Positions 25,721 to 41,109 of a stretch of DNA of 64,000 nucleotides are shown here, piece after piece. The notes below the pieces were generated by a model. The model was not told where the DNA came from. It ran no database searches and saw nothing but the letters and a program-made list of their open reading frames with translations. Every line of letters begins with the position of its first letter. The stretch's first letter is position 1. Made by a program: the position numbers and the translations under genes. The stretch comes from Eledone cirrhosa (lineage: Eukaryota): NCBI GenBank assembly GCA_964016885.1, contig OZ024756.1:38316001-38380000 (forward strand), in the 5' to 3' direction.

Positions 25721-28639
25721 ATGTATATATACAGTTTTTACTATATATATATCATCATCATCATCGTTTAACGCCTATCTTCCACGCTAGCATGGGTTTA
25801 GACGGGAATTGTCCCACTTGAGGCAAGATTGGTTGTCTTGCTCGTATAGGACTGTCTGGCAGGTTTTCTACGGCTGGAATCCCAAGTAGTGCTGAAGTAA
25901 CTAACACACATGTATCTGTGTGTGTTTCATGACTCAGACACTTTTCACTTCTCTGACATATGTACATTATGCTATGTACTATACATCCATCTTTGATGAG
26001 TTGTAGTGCACCTGAGCATTGTACACAACAGGACCATATATCTTATGAGAATACGCAGTATTATATATCAAGGAAAAATATGTACTTTAGATGGATATAT
26101 AAAAATTACATCTACAGGACTAGAGCTGTTTCATTCCTATGAGATCATAATGAAAATTGTGGTTATTTCTCGATCCCCTTTGGGATACCATCCTTGATTA
26201 TATACACACACACGTGTGTGTGTGTGTATATATAGAGAGAGAGATGATACATATATAAAAATACCCATATTCACACGTGTGTGTGTGTATATATATATAT
26301 TGATCATACATACATATATAAAAATACACACACACACACACACGTGTCAATGCTGATTTCAACTTTATTCACAATTTAAACAGTAAATTAAACCAAGTGT
26401 AAACAGCTTCTAATCTAGAGATATCTTCTCCGTGGTTTTCAGTTTTTATATTTAACAAGACAAAAACAAATAAATTAAAATATTTGTTTATTTACTTCTC
26501 ATATTTATTGCCTTTAGCAGTGGATGGGGTTGGTGTGTGTGATAGGTAGGTCTCTGTGTGGGAGGTATGTATGGAGTGTGTGCGTAAGTAAAATAATTTT
26601 TAAGGAGTTGATAGGATATTTCATGTTATATAGCTGATAAATTCCCTGCTGTTAATTATTCAACCATGGAGTATGTGTGTGGCCCTTCCTCATCTCCTTG
26701 GTAATACAAAATTCACTCAAGTGTGAAGTTAGCAGTTAATCACTTAATAATCTCTAGTGAGGTTCATTAAAAAGACAAAATGGAGTTCACCATTATTGTC
26801 ATCATCATCATCATCATCATCATCACTATTGTCGAAACCATACCACCACAACTGCCATCGTCACTAATGCCATCACCACCACGGACACCACCACCATTGC
26901 CATTGTTGTGTCTACATATGATTTTTTAAGTAGTCGGATTCGATTTAATTTGATTGAAGGAGTCAAATGTTAGTGATCCCAGACTGATATGTAACACATA
27001 CAAAGAAACACTTGTCAGTGTTAAGTAATAAATAATAATCTCTCTCTTATGGAATGTGTAATTTTAAATAATAATTTTGTAAATTTTTGTATATACTCCA
27101 TAAATTGTTACACCTGGAACCTACAGTGGAACTACCACAAGATTTACCAAACAAAATAATTCAACTATTGAGTAAAGCACTACTTTAAGTTACATAATTA
27201 AAATAAGGGATTACACTAACAGAAACTGAACAATACTATAATTCTCTGTATGTATGTATGTATATATGTATATGTATATATATATATATAGAGATATATA
27301 CCATTTAAGTTATTTTGATCAGTTAAGTATAGAACTGGTAGTTCTGGTAGGCAAATCATGATGCAATTTTTCAACTTTCTACTCTCTTTTCTCTATCTTC
27401 TACAATAAGTATGGGTTCTATGAGACCCTGTTTTGTAATTCTGTTAAAGTTACCTGATGAGACTGTCCTCTCTTGCATCATAAATGGATGATGGAGCTGA
27501 ACCATTGAAATATGTATAAAGATTTCACAGACTTTAAATTTACAGCATATCTTCCAGACTGGCCTCTTGTTGTCATTTTAAATATATATATATACTACAA
27601 GTTTCCATCTACCAAATCTCACAAGTCATTGGTCAACCCAAGGCTATAGAAGACACTTACCCAAGGTTCCACACAGTCTTGCTTAAACAATGTATTTAAA
27701 AAAAAAAAAAGAAATAAGCCCAGAATATTGAAAACAGTCCAAAGATATGGGGCTCAACAAAGTAATTTTTCTGTTCCTGTTTATCAACATCTACTGGCAT
27801 GGGTTGGACAGGTCATCATTGGACAAACCAAGTCTTTATTCAAGTTACTCTCTACCTAGATGAGCTGGGGAAATTTAGAAGCCACACCAAGAAAGGATAG
27901 TGAGAACACTTCAGTATTATCAAGTACATCATAACCTTTCTAGTACTGGTGTCATGATAAATTTCACCCAGTACACTCCTCTGTAGAGTGGCTATTGTTA
28001 GGAAGGACATCCAGCATGGAAACACAGACATAAAATGATGATGCTGACATTTTAATTCTGCAGTTTTGTTTAATAATTTCTCTAAATTTGTGTTTTTATT
28101 AAAATATTTCTCAACATAGCATTGTTATGGTTTTCTCTTTCTCTCTTTTCCAGTTTGATGTGAAATTTGGCCACCTTGGCACTGAAAAATTCTTGTATCC
28201 TTTTATCAGAATTCCTTGTTAAACTTTTCATTCCTATATTCCTATATTCCTATATTTCTAATGAAAGATGCTATCTGTGTTTCATTTAATTTTGAAAATA
28301 ATAAAAAATTTGTAGAGATTTAGTAATGTAAGTAACTTACTCATTATTAAGTTGACTCTGACTATAGTCATAATGTTAAAACTCATTGATAGTTAAATTC
28401 CACATGTAGTCATTAGTTATGTTTTGCTACAGCAGTTAGTTAACCTCCTAGACTCATACTTTGAAGTGTGCTCATTTCTGATGTAAAATGCCCAGTGATT
28501 GGTTGAATTAGGAAGCTATGCTTAGTTTTAACCAATCAGGGAAAGTTTTATGAATAATTTTAGCATTATGGTAGTTTGGTACCAGTTACATGTAAGAGAC
28601 TGAACAACATCGTTTTTTAAAAGGAAATTGTATTTAAAA

Positions 28640-29433
28640 CACATGGCTTCAGATAGTGAAAGATAGTTTCAAAGGCTTTACAGAAACTAGTTGGAGCAGA
28701 AAAACTATGAAATATATTTGGTAAATGAAGAGAATTTATGAGATATTGATTTAATGTCTGAATCTGACTCTGATAAAGATATATCAATGATTAATTTACA
28801 TGGGAACCAAGATGACAAGGATGATGACAAACTGACTTTAAAATGGAGTGATCAGTCAACGTATTGAAAGGAAATCCCAGACCAGTAAATATCTTAGACT
28901 TTGAGAAAAAGGAAATACATTTTTCCTTTCTATTATTTAATTTGATGGCAAATAAAACCAACAAATATGCTGAGTTGAAAGAGCCCCCCATTCAGAGTGG
29001 TGTAACACAACTATGTCTGAAATGAGGGCCTACATTGCCTTTCAAATAATGATGGGGATTGTTTCTGTACCAAATCAGGACATGTATTTCTTGAAAGACA
29101 ACTTGTTCTGGTCTACAAGGATCAGGGATTTAATTACCAGAGACAAACTTCCAGGTATTTTTGAGGGTTAAAGAAAATATTGTTTTTTCATGTTTTTGCG
29201 AAATTGTTTATTTTATTTAATGAAATGTAAATATAATGAACCTTTAACAAGTTTAGTTTTGAACCTTCACTGAAAATTTTATGTTTTTATCTTTATTATT
29301 TATAAACTTAGAGCAATTTTTGTAAAGGTATGTTTTTTTTAAATAACTATCAAATTTCACTATTTAGCTAAGAGAACTAGTATCAAAATCAGATAATGTT
29401 GTTCAAAGGGGTAGTCCGGGAACTAAGTGTTAA
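28640..29433 (+). pseudogene. Internally deleted piggyBac transposon with transposase remnant
   Basis: Acidic N-terminus (SESDSDKD); 28995-29150 translates EWCNTTMSEMRAYIAFQIMMGIVSVPNQDMYFLKDNLFWSTRIRDLITRDKL (PGBD/DDE_Tnp_1_7-like); 3' end GTCCGGGAACTAAGTG-TTAA. Confidence 0.75.
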
Positions 29434-29924
29434 CAAAGGGTTTTTACATAATATTATGATGGGAGGTTTGATATCGTAGAACCATGCACAGTTTAGGGTG
29501 GGATGCCATCAAAAGTCTTAAACACATTATTAAAAAGCTAATTGTAAAATTATTCAAATCACTGAATAAACTTAACTCTTTCAAGACAATATTTCTAAAG
29601 AAATACACTATTTGAGGTTTTAATTAATCTTGAAAATAATCAAGTTGGAAGGATTTAGTAAAATACCTAATTTGTTCCCAGTAATTTGTATATTAAGGTT
29701 ACTGTTTCAGACTCCTCCTCTTCTTCATCTACTTATTCCTGAGAGGGCCGTGGGGGAAGAGTCCTCAACCACTCCTTCTAGTGGGGCCTGTCAGAAGCAA
29801 CTGAGACCAGCCAAGCTCATGGATGTTATCTTGTCTTGTTACTGATCATATACATTGTCATGTTACTGATCATATACATGACCATAGGCTACAATTATTT
29901 GACCAGTCCACTGGTGCTCACTTT

Positions 29925-30124
29925 GCTTTGACCACTGTCTTATTAGCCACCTACATACAGCTTTGACCACTGTCTTATTAGCCACCTACATACAGCTTTG
30001 ACCAGTCTTATTAGCCACCTACATACAGCCTTGACCACTGTCTTATTAGCCACCTACATACAGCTTTGACCAGTCTTATTAGCCACCTACATACAGCTTT
30101 GACCAGTCTTATTAGCCACCTACA
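29925..30124. repeat. 33-35-bp minisatellite, ~6 copies
   Basis: GCTTTGACCA(CT)GTCTTATTAGCCACCTACATACA. Confidence 0.92.
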
Positions 30125-30329
30125 GCATCAAATTCTTGTTGCTCCAATCTAATAAGCTGGAAAAGATGATCTCTACCTGAACCTGTGATTCAAGGCTCAG
30201 CCTTGTCACAGACTGTGGAATACTCAGCCACTTACATATTCATTTCATCAACAATCTGTTCCATTTATTAAATCAACTGGAACACTCATCGCCAAAACTA
30301 ATGGAGGTCCATCAACATGTATGTATGAA

Positions 30330-30374
<45 letters not shown>

Positions 30375-30714
30375 GTGCGTATATATATGTATGTATATAT
30401 ATGTGTGTGAATCACTACCTCTACAAAACCACCAAACCTTGATGGTGTGTATGTATGTGTGTATACATGTCTGTAAGTGTGTATAGATGTATTACCTAAT
30501 CTCTGTCAGTGTATTACTGATGATGTATATGTGTGTGTATACATGTGTGTAAATATGTATATGTTAGTGTATTGCTGATGGTGTGTATGTGTGTAAGTAT
30601 GTATTACATAATATCTGAGTCAGTAACTCCACCAAACCACCAACCCTTGATGGTGCCCCCCCTTACCCTGAGACCGTTTAACTTGTACACAGTTTAAAGA
30701 CAGGTTACGGTCTT

Positions 30715-31060
30715 AGGCACAGGATGGGTTTACCACAATCAACTGTGTACTAAAGATGGGTGTTGTTGTTGTTTATGTCATAGGCACAGGATGGGTTTAC
30801 AATGATCTCCTGTGTACTAAAGATGGGTGTTGTGTTGTTATGCCATTGACTCAGGATGGGTTTACCATGATCTGTGTACTAAAGATGGGTGTTTTTGTTG
30901 TTGTGTTGCTGTTTATGTCATTGGCACAGGATAGGTTTACCACAATCAACTCTTATAATTATGGGTGTAGTTGTTGCTTATATCGTAGGTGTTGCTGTTG
31001 TTTATGTCATAGATGTTGTTGGTGTTTATGTCCTAGGCACAGGATGGGTTTACCACACTA
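30715..31060. repeat. Degenerate ~66-74-bp tandem repeat
   Basis: GGCACAGGATGGGTTTAC...AAGATGGGTGT recurs 5 times. Confidence 0.8.
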
Positions 31061-32586
31061 AACTATCTTATAAATATGGCTGTTGTTTCTATTACATAAA
31101 ATTGAAAAATAGAGATCTCTCACTCAAAACATCTGTCTTGATTAACTTTAACCCTTTAGCATTTACATTACTCTATATATACTATTATATTTTCTTGGTA
31201 AAGACTTTATTTCACAGTTAGAATGTCTTAGGAGAGAATCACTGGACAGTTAATGTTATCTATTTTGAGGACAAGACGGTTTATATGCTAAAGGTTTATG
31301 GTACTGCTGGCATTGATGTTAGTGTTGCTGATGATTTTGTGGCTGCTCATGTTGTTGTTAGTGTTACTGATGTTGTTGTTGTCGTCCATGTTCTTCTTCC
31401 TACTGCTAATGTTCAATAAGAGATCAGTGGTAGCCAGTGTGAGAGAAATTGACAAACGAGTCTTTATCAAACCCACTTCTATATTTTATAGCTGTGTGAG
31501 GGTGTCTATGTGGGTAGAAGTGAGAATTTCTATGTATACGACATTGTGTTTATGTATGATTATGTGGGTGGAAGTGAGTATATATATATATATTTGTATG
31601 GATATGACCGCCTGTTTATGTGTGTGAGAGGATTGGTGGGTCGGGTATTATTTGCATTTTGCATTGCAGATACTGGAAAGAAACATTTTGTGTTGAGCAG
31701 TTACAATAACGACCAACACCACTACCAACAACACCAACATTACTACCTGTCCAAAAAGCTGAAATTTGAAATAAAGAGTTTTGTAAAACTATGGTGTGTA
31801 AGATGTACCCAGAATGTAATGTGTATATGAAAAAAAAAAGTTATTTTACACATACATTCACTTGATGAATAAATAAATATATACATATATATATGTCTAC
31901 ATATATAAATATATGTATATATATATGTAAATATATGTATATATCAAAATTGAAATATTTTTTGTTTCTTTTGTATTTTAATTATATTTGCAAATAAATG
32001 TGTCAGACGTAAATAAATAAAATGAATTATTAACTGTTTCATTACCAAGACATTGCTAATGGTCTTCAAATAATTTTATCTGGTGTTTTGACTTAACAAT
32101 GGTACGTAGATAAAATTAATAAGGTTTTTAGATATACAGGTTTCTATCGTCGAGGTTTACTGTTAGAAATGTTATTATATCCCACCAAGGTTAGCTTTGC
32201 CTTTCATTCTTAGAGGGTTGATGAAATAAAGTAATAAGGCAGACACATCAAAGATTGCGTGCACCAACAGAGCCCCTTTCCAGTTGGAAAACAGTCGTAT
32301 GAGGAAGGAAGGAATGCAGGAATGCAGGTAAGGAAAGAAAACACAGTTATAGTCTATAGTATATATACATAACTATACTCTCTTGCCTTTTAGAAGACGT
32401 ACACCATATTTGTATTAATATTTACATATATAATTTAAATATATATTAACGATGATGATATATTTAAATATATATATAATCATCATCATTTTTCCCTGCT
32501 TGCAAGAGTGGGACATACATGTATATTTATATATATATATATATAATATTCATATGTACATGTATATATATATATACATATATGTA

Positions 32587-32910
32587 TCATCATCATCAAC
32601 GTTTAACGTCCGTGTTCCACGCTTGCATGGGTTTGGACGGGGGTATTCCCACTTGAGGCAAGAGTGATTGTCTTGCTCGCATAGGACTGTCTGGCAGGTT
32701 TTCTACAGTTGGATGCCCTTCCTAACACCAACCACATTTACAGTGTGGGACTGGGAGGTTTTTACCGTGTTGCCTACACGGCCACATTACAGCGTGGACT
32801 GTGTTTTTTTGTCATGACACCTACACGATCTCATTTGTTTCGGCCTGGATGTTGTGGCACCAACATAACTTTACATAGGAGGGGGTGGTGTGGGTGGTGG
32901 GACGGGGGTG
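32587..32910 (-). mobile_element. RTE lineage A 3' UTR (close relative of the full-length copy)
   Basis: Near-identical to the reverse complement of ~61030-61385. Confidence 0.92.
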
Positions 32911-32952
32911 TATTTTGTATGTATATGTATGTATATATGTATATGTATGTAT

Positions 32953-33814
32953 ATCATCATCATCATCATCATCACCGTTTTACGTCCGTTCTTCCACGCT
33001 AGCATGGGTTAGACGGGTTGTCCTGTTGTGGGCAGTGTCTGGTCGGCTGACCATGCCTTGCTCATACAGGAACTGATCTGGCTTGATTTCTACAGCTGGA
33101 TGCCCTTCCTAACACCAACCTCATTTACAGTGAGTGCTGGGTGCTTTTTCGTGGCGCCTACACGTCCACTTTACAGTGTGGGCTGGGTGCTTTTTTGCCG
33201 TGGCACCTCCACGACCACCTTGCGGTGGGGGGGGGGGGGGGGGGGCATATTGTTTATATGCTTCAGCATGTACCCATGGGAGGTCGGGTACTCTGTATTA
33301 CTGCGTGACGCCAGAAGTCACGGTCGTGTGTCATTGACTTTGAGAGGTGTAGTTGGGTAAGGTCGGCTTTTATCACCTCATCCCAAGTCATCTTGGGTCT
33401 CCCCACTCCGCGGTTTCCATCAACTTCTAGTGCTCTGCACCTTTTTATGCAGCTGTCATCCTTCATACGCATCACATGTCCATACCAGCGTAACCGCCTC
33501 TCCTGCACGCAGCATTTGATTCCTCTTATGCTCAGTCTCTCTCTCAATTCATTTATGCTTTGTCGTTCACGTATATTACTGTTACACATCCATCGGAGCA
33601 TGCAGGCTTCGTTTCTCTCTAATCTACGTAAGTCTTCCACCTTCAGCGCCCAGGTCTCACTACCATGCAACATCGCTGTTCGGATACACGCATCATACAG
33701 TCTGCCTTTCATTCTGAGGGAGAAGCCTTTTGCAGCTAGCAGTGGTAGTAGTTCCCTAAACTTCTTCCATCCCGTTCTTACCCTAGTTATTGTATTCCAT
33801 CCCGTTCTTACCCT
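32953..33814 (-). mobile_element. 5'-truncated RTE lineage B (C-terminal coding region + 3' UTR)
   Basis: Open frame [16 protein letters not shown]...[12 protein letters not shown]...GRPKMTW...; (GAT)n tail. Confidence 0.93.
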
Positions 33815-34210
33815 ATATACATGTATGTATGTATATATGTATATACATGTATGTATGTATATATGTATATACATGTATATATGTATATACATGTATATAT
33901 GTATATACATGTATATATGTATATACATATATATGTATATACATATATATACATATATATGTATATGCATATATATATATGTATATACATATATATGTAT
34001 ATACATATATAGACATGTATATATATATGTATATACATATATAGACATGTATATATATATATATTTATATATATACACATATATGTATGTATATATATAT
34101 ATATACATATATGTATATATATACACATGTATATCCATATATGTATATATATACACATGTATATCCATATATATGTACATATATACATATGTATATATAT
34201 ATATATACAC

Positions 34211-34246
<36 letters not shown>

Positions 34247-34294
34247 GTATATATATATATATATACACATATGTATATATATATATATATACAC

Positions 34295-34326
<32 letters not shown>

Positions 34327-34423
34327 ATACATATACATTTACCGTCCAAACCCATGCAAGCGTGGAACATGGACGTTAAACGATGATGATATATATAGAC
34401 ATATATGTGTATATATACATATG

Positions 34424-34461
<38 letters not shown>

Positions 34462-34587
34462 TACATATGTATATATATATATATATACATATGTATATAT
34501 ATATATATACATATGTATATATATATATATACATATGTACACATATATATATACATATATGTATATATATACATACATATATATATG
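33815..34587. repeat. (TA)n/(TATG) microsatellite containing a 50-bp RTE terminus at 34341-34390
   Basis: CCGTCCAAACCCATGCAAGCGTGGAACATGGACGTTAAACGATGATGAT embedded in the TA tract. Confidence 0.9.
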
Positions 34588-34619
34588 TAGGAGGTGAGTT
34601 TTATTGTAGTACAATAAAG

Positions 34620-35932
34620 CAATGCAGTGGAATTTATCGTGACGATGGACTCTTTACTATCTTAAATTGCAATATAGTTAACCGTAATATTATTAAGAAC
34701 ACTATACGTAATCTCTTTAACCAACATAACCTAAAAATTGAATTTGATAACAGTATCAAACTAGCTAATTTCTTGGATGTATCTCTTAATCTTGACACTG
34801 GCCTATATTCCCCTTACCATAAAAACAATGAGAACCTAACCATCCTACTAATATCAAGAATGCTATAGTTAGTAATATTGGAAAAACAATAACTAACCTA
34901 TCTTCTAATAAAAACATCTTTGATGCTAACGCCAATTACTATAATAACGCGCTTTCTAAAGCCGGCTATCCTGATAAAATCAAATATAATAAAGAAACAA
35001 ATTCTAGAAGAAATTACAGTAGAATAATTAATCATGATCATTCCAATAACTTTAATAAAAGACCTAGATACAAAAACATAATCTGGTATAATGCTCCTTT
35101 CTCCATCTCTATTAATAACAATATTCCTAAATTATTCTTTAGTGCCTTAAATAAATGCTTCCCTCCCTCACATATCTATAGTAAAATATTTAACAAACAC
35201 ACCATAAAATTTTCTTATTCTACATCCTCCAACATTTCCAACATTATCTCTAAACACAACAATAAAATACTAAATACTAAATCTCTTCCTTCCAACACTG
35301 AATTTCATAATAATAGTACTCACGACGTCATTGTAAACTCTAGGCTAATTTCTACAAACCCAAATACCACGTCAAACACAACTTCGCTAAATGTTTATAA
35401 TCCCATTCTAAATCAAGAAACTATTATTCCTATCGCAAACAACTTCTCCAATCCAATTCTTTCTATAGATAACACTAGGTCACTCATTAATAATCTCTCT
35501 AATTGCAATTGCCCTATTAAAAATAAATGTCCTCTCAACAACCATTGTCTTGATAAAAACTTAATTTACGAATGTAAAGTTATAACTGACACCAATTCCT
35601 TCACCTATTTTGGCTCCACTTCCACCTCTTTTAAAGCTCGTCTTTATAACCATCATTCGTCTTTTAAATACAAACTTAAAAGAACCAACACGGCTCTCTC
35701 AGAACTCATATGGTCCTTGAAAGACAAAAACATTAAATATAGCATCTTTTGGAAGAAGGTTTCTTCTGCGTCTCCAAACTTGAACAGTTCTCTATCTAAA
35801 ATCTGCAATCTCTGTCTAAATGAAAAATTTACCATTATCTCTAATCTAGATTCTATAATAAATAGACACACTGACTTGTTTTCTATCTGCTTGCATAAAT
35901 TCCATAAAACATTTCACAAAGTATACAGCTAA
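34620..35932 (+). pseudogene. PLE RT C-terminal half + Zn-knuckle + GIY-YIG endonuclease, one frameshift at ~34840
   Basis: Frame 1: SGIYRDDGL...[23 protein letters not shown]. Frame 2 (34832-35932, no stops): NHPTNIK...KAGY...IIWYNAPFS...KIFNKHTIKFSYS...CNCPIKNKCPLNNHC...LIYECKV..TYFGSTSTSFKARLYNHHSSF...TALSELIWSLK...CNLCLNEK...IINRHTDLFSICLH. Confidence 0.9.
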
Positions 35933-36941
35933 TATTCAATTCTTTATCAATTTAGAATCTTTTTCTCAAAGGCACATATATATACACTTCTTTTAAAAAT
36001 ATACCCATCTTTCTACCCTATTTCAAAGGTTATACATTCTATAATACTTGTTTACTCATTACTCTATATCACCTTGTAAAAATCCTTCGTAAACATATAG
36101 ATTTTTTTTTTTTTTTTTTTTGACGCTAGATTATTCATCCTCAATTCATTATTCTTTTCTCCCATCATCTAACTCATTATTCTCAATACATATTAACATT
36201 TTCTTTTTCTTCGCACATATTATCAAATCCTTCAATATACAAACCTTAACTTTACATTATTTTTCTCAAATCCTTCAATATACAAACCTTAACTTTACAT
36301 TATTTTTCTCTTCGTTAATTTTCAAATTCTATAATACTTGTTTACTCTTTCTACATCACCCATATTTATCACTTCCTTTTCTTCTCTTCTAATATCTAAC
36401 CCCTAATCTGTACCTTTTCTCACTCTTGCCTAACATAGAATCAATTATTACATAATACAAAACATTCTTACTCTATATCACCTTGTAAAAATCCTTCGTA
36501 AACATATACATTTTTTTTGACGTTAGAATATTCATCCTCAATTCATTATTCTTTTCTCCCTATCATCTAACTCATCATTCTCAATACATATTAACTCCTT
36601 CTTTTTTCTTCGCACATATTTTTCTCTTCGTTAATTTTCAAATTCTTTTAATTTATACATTATCTTCCAACGGTTTTCAACCTCTCTATGTAAAACAATA
36701 TATCTTTCTCAGTTATAAAAACTATCTCTCTCTCTCTATCACCCATCTCTCCTCCTATCTCATCCTTCCTCACTATACTCCTCCCTCTCCACCTTCACTC
36801 TCATCTCCTTTTTTTCATCCTTTCCACAACCCACCCACCCCTCTAAATAAAATATTTTTCCCAATATCACACATCAATCTAAAACTACTCATATGTTGAT
36901 TTAAAACTGAACTATCCACAAGTGTTTTTTAACCTTCATAT

Positions 36942-37021
36942 CATGTCCTGTTTTATCTGATGAAAACAAATATTATTGCATGATGATATTTGTTTTTGAA
37001 ATGCGCATAATAAAATACATG
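36942..37021 (+). ncRNA. Type I hammerhead ribozyme of the PLE 3' end
   Basis: Core CTGATGA at 36957-36963; stem II AAACAAATAT/ATATTTGTTT; GAAA at 36998-37001; palindromic stem III TGCGCA; cleavage triplet ATA at 37007-37009; stem I CATGT..GTTTTAT/ATAAAAT-ACATG. Confidence 0.82.
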
Positions 37022-37057
37022 GAACTCCTTTAACCATCTTTTGTTCTTATATATTAC

Positions 37058-40393
<3,336 letters not shown>

Positions 40394-40728
40394 ATCATCA
40401 TCATCATCATCATTTTACGTCTGCTTTCCCCTGCTTGCAAGGGTGGGACGGGAACTGATTCTGGCTTGATTTCTACAGCTGGATGCCCTTCCTAACACCA
40501 ACCTCATTTACAGCGAGTGCTGGGTGCTTTTTTGCCGTGGCACCTCCACGACCACTTTGCAGTGGAATGATAGGGACCCTATCATCTCATTTCTACAGCT
40601 GAGTAAACTGGAGCAAAGTGAAATAAAGTGTCTTGCTCAAGGAAACAACACATCACCCGGTCTGAGAATTGAACTCCCAACCTTTTGATTGCAAGGCCAA
40701 TGCTCTAACCACTAAGCCATGTGCCTCC
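40394..40728 (-). mobile_element. tRNA/CORE-like SINE with RTE-derived 3' tail (tail type c)
   Basis: Head GGAGGCACATGGCTTAGTGGTTAGAGC...AGTTCAATTC; CORE-like CCTTGAGCAAGACACTTTATTTCAC; the last ~170 nt match the RTE lineage B 3' UTR; (ATG)n end. Confidence 0.88.
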
Positions 40729-40743
40729 ATGTATATATATATT

Positions 40744-40794
<51 letters not shown>

Positions 40795-41109
40795 TTGTAC
40801 CTCTACCGACCAATCAAAATTGTTTTGACTACAAGAATTTTTACAACACGAATTGGCGCAAACTTATTTTAATACCGCTGGAGCCACTTTTTTAACATAA
40901 AAACAGGTAGAATTCCCAAAACTAATCAGATCAGAGCAAACATCACGGACGCTCTATCTCAAAATTATTTTTGAAAAGCATTAGAAATGCGCGACCGGTA
41001 AAAACCAAAACTCAATACTAACCAATACTATTACTAATTCTCACTTGTTCCTAATTAAACTATTTTTCACTGCGAACAATTTGTCAGTATTTTCTATTCC
41101 GTTTACCAA

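Larger units (their letters stand above)
34587..37057 (+). mobile_element. 5'-truncated Penelope-like element (PLE; RT + GIY-YIG, YRDD type, possibly Nematis-like)
   Basis: RT motifs GIYRDDGL and [11 protein letters not shown]-terminal GIY-YIG, ~1-kb 3' UTR, hammerhead ribozyme + AATAAA, flanked by (TA)n on both sides. Confidence 0.9.
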
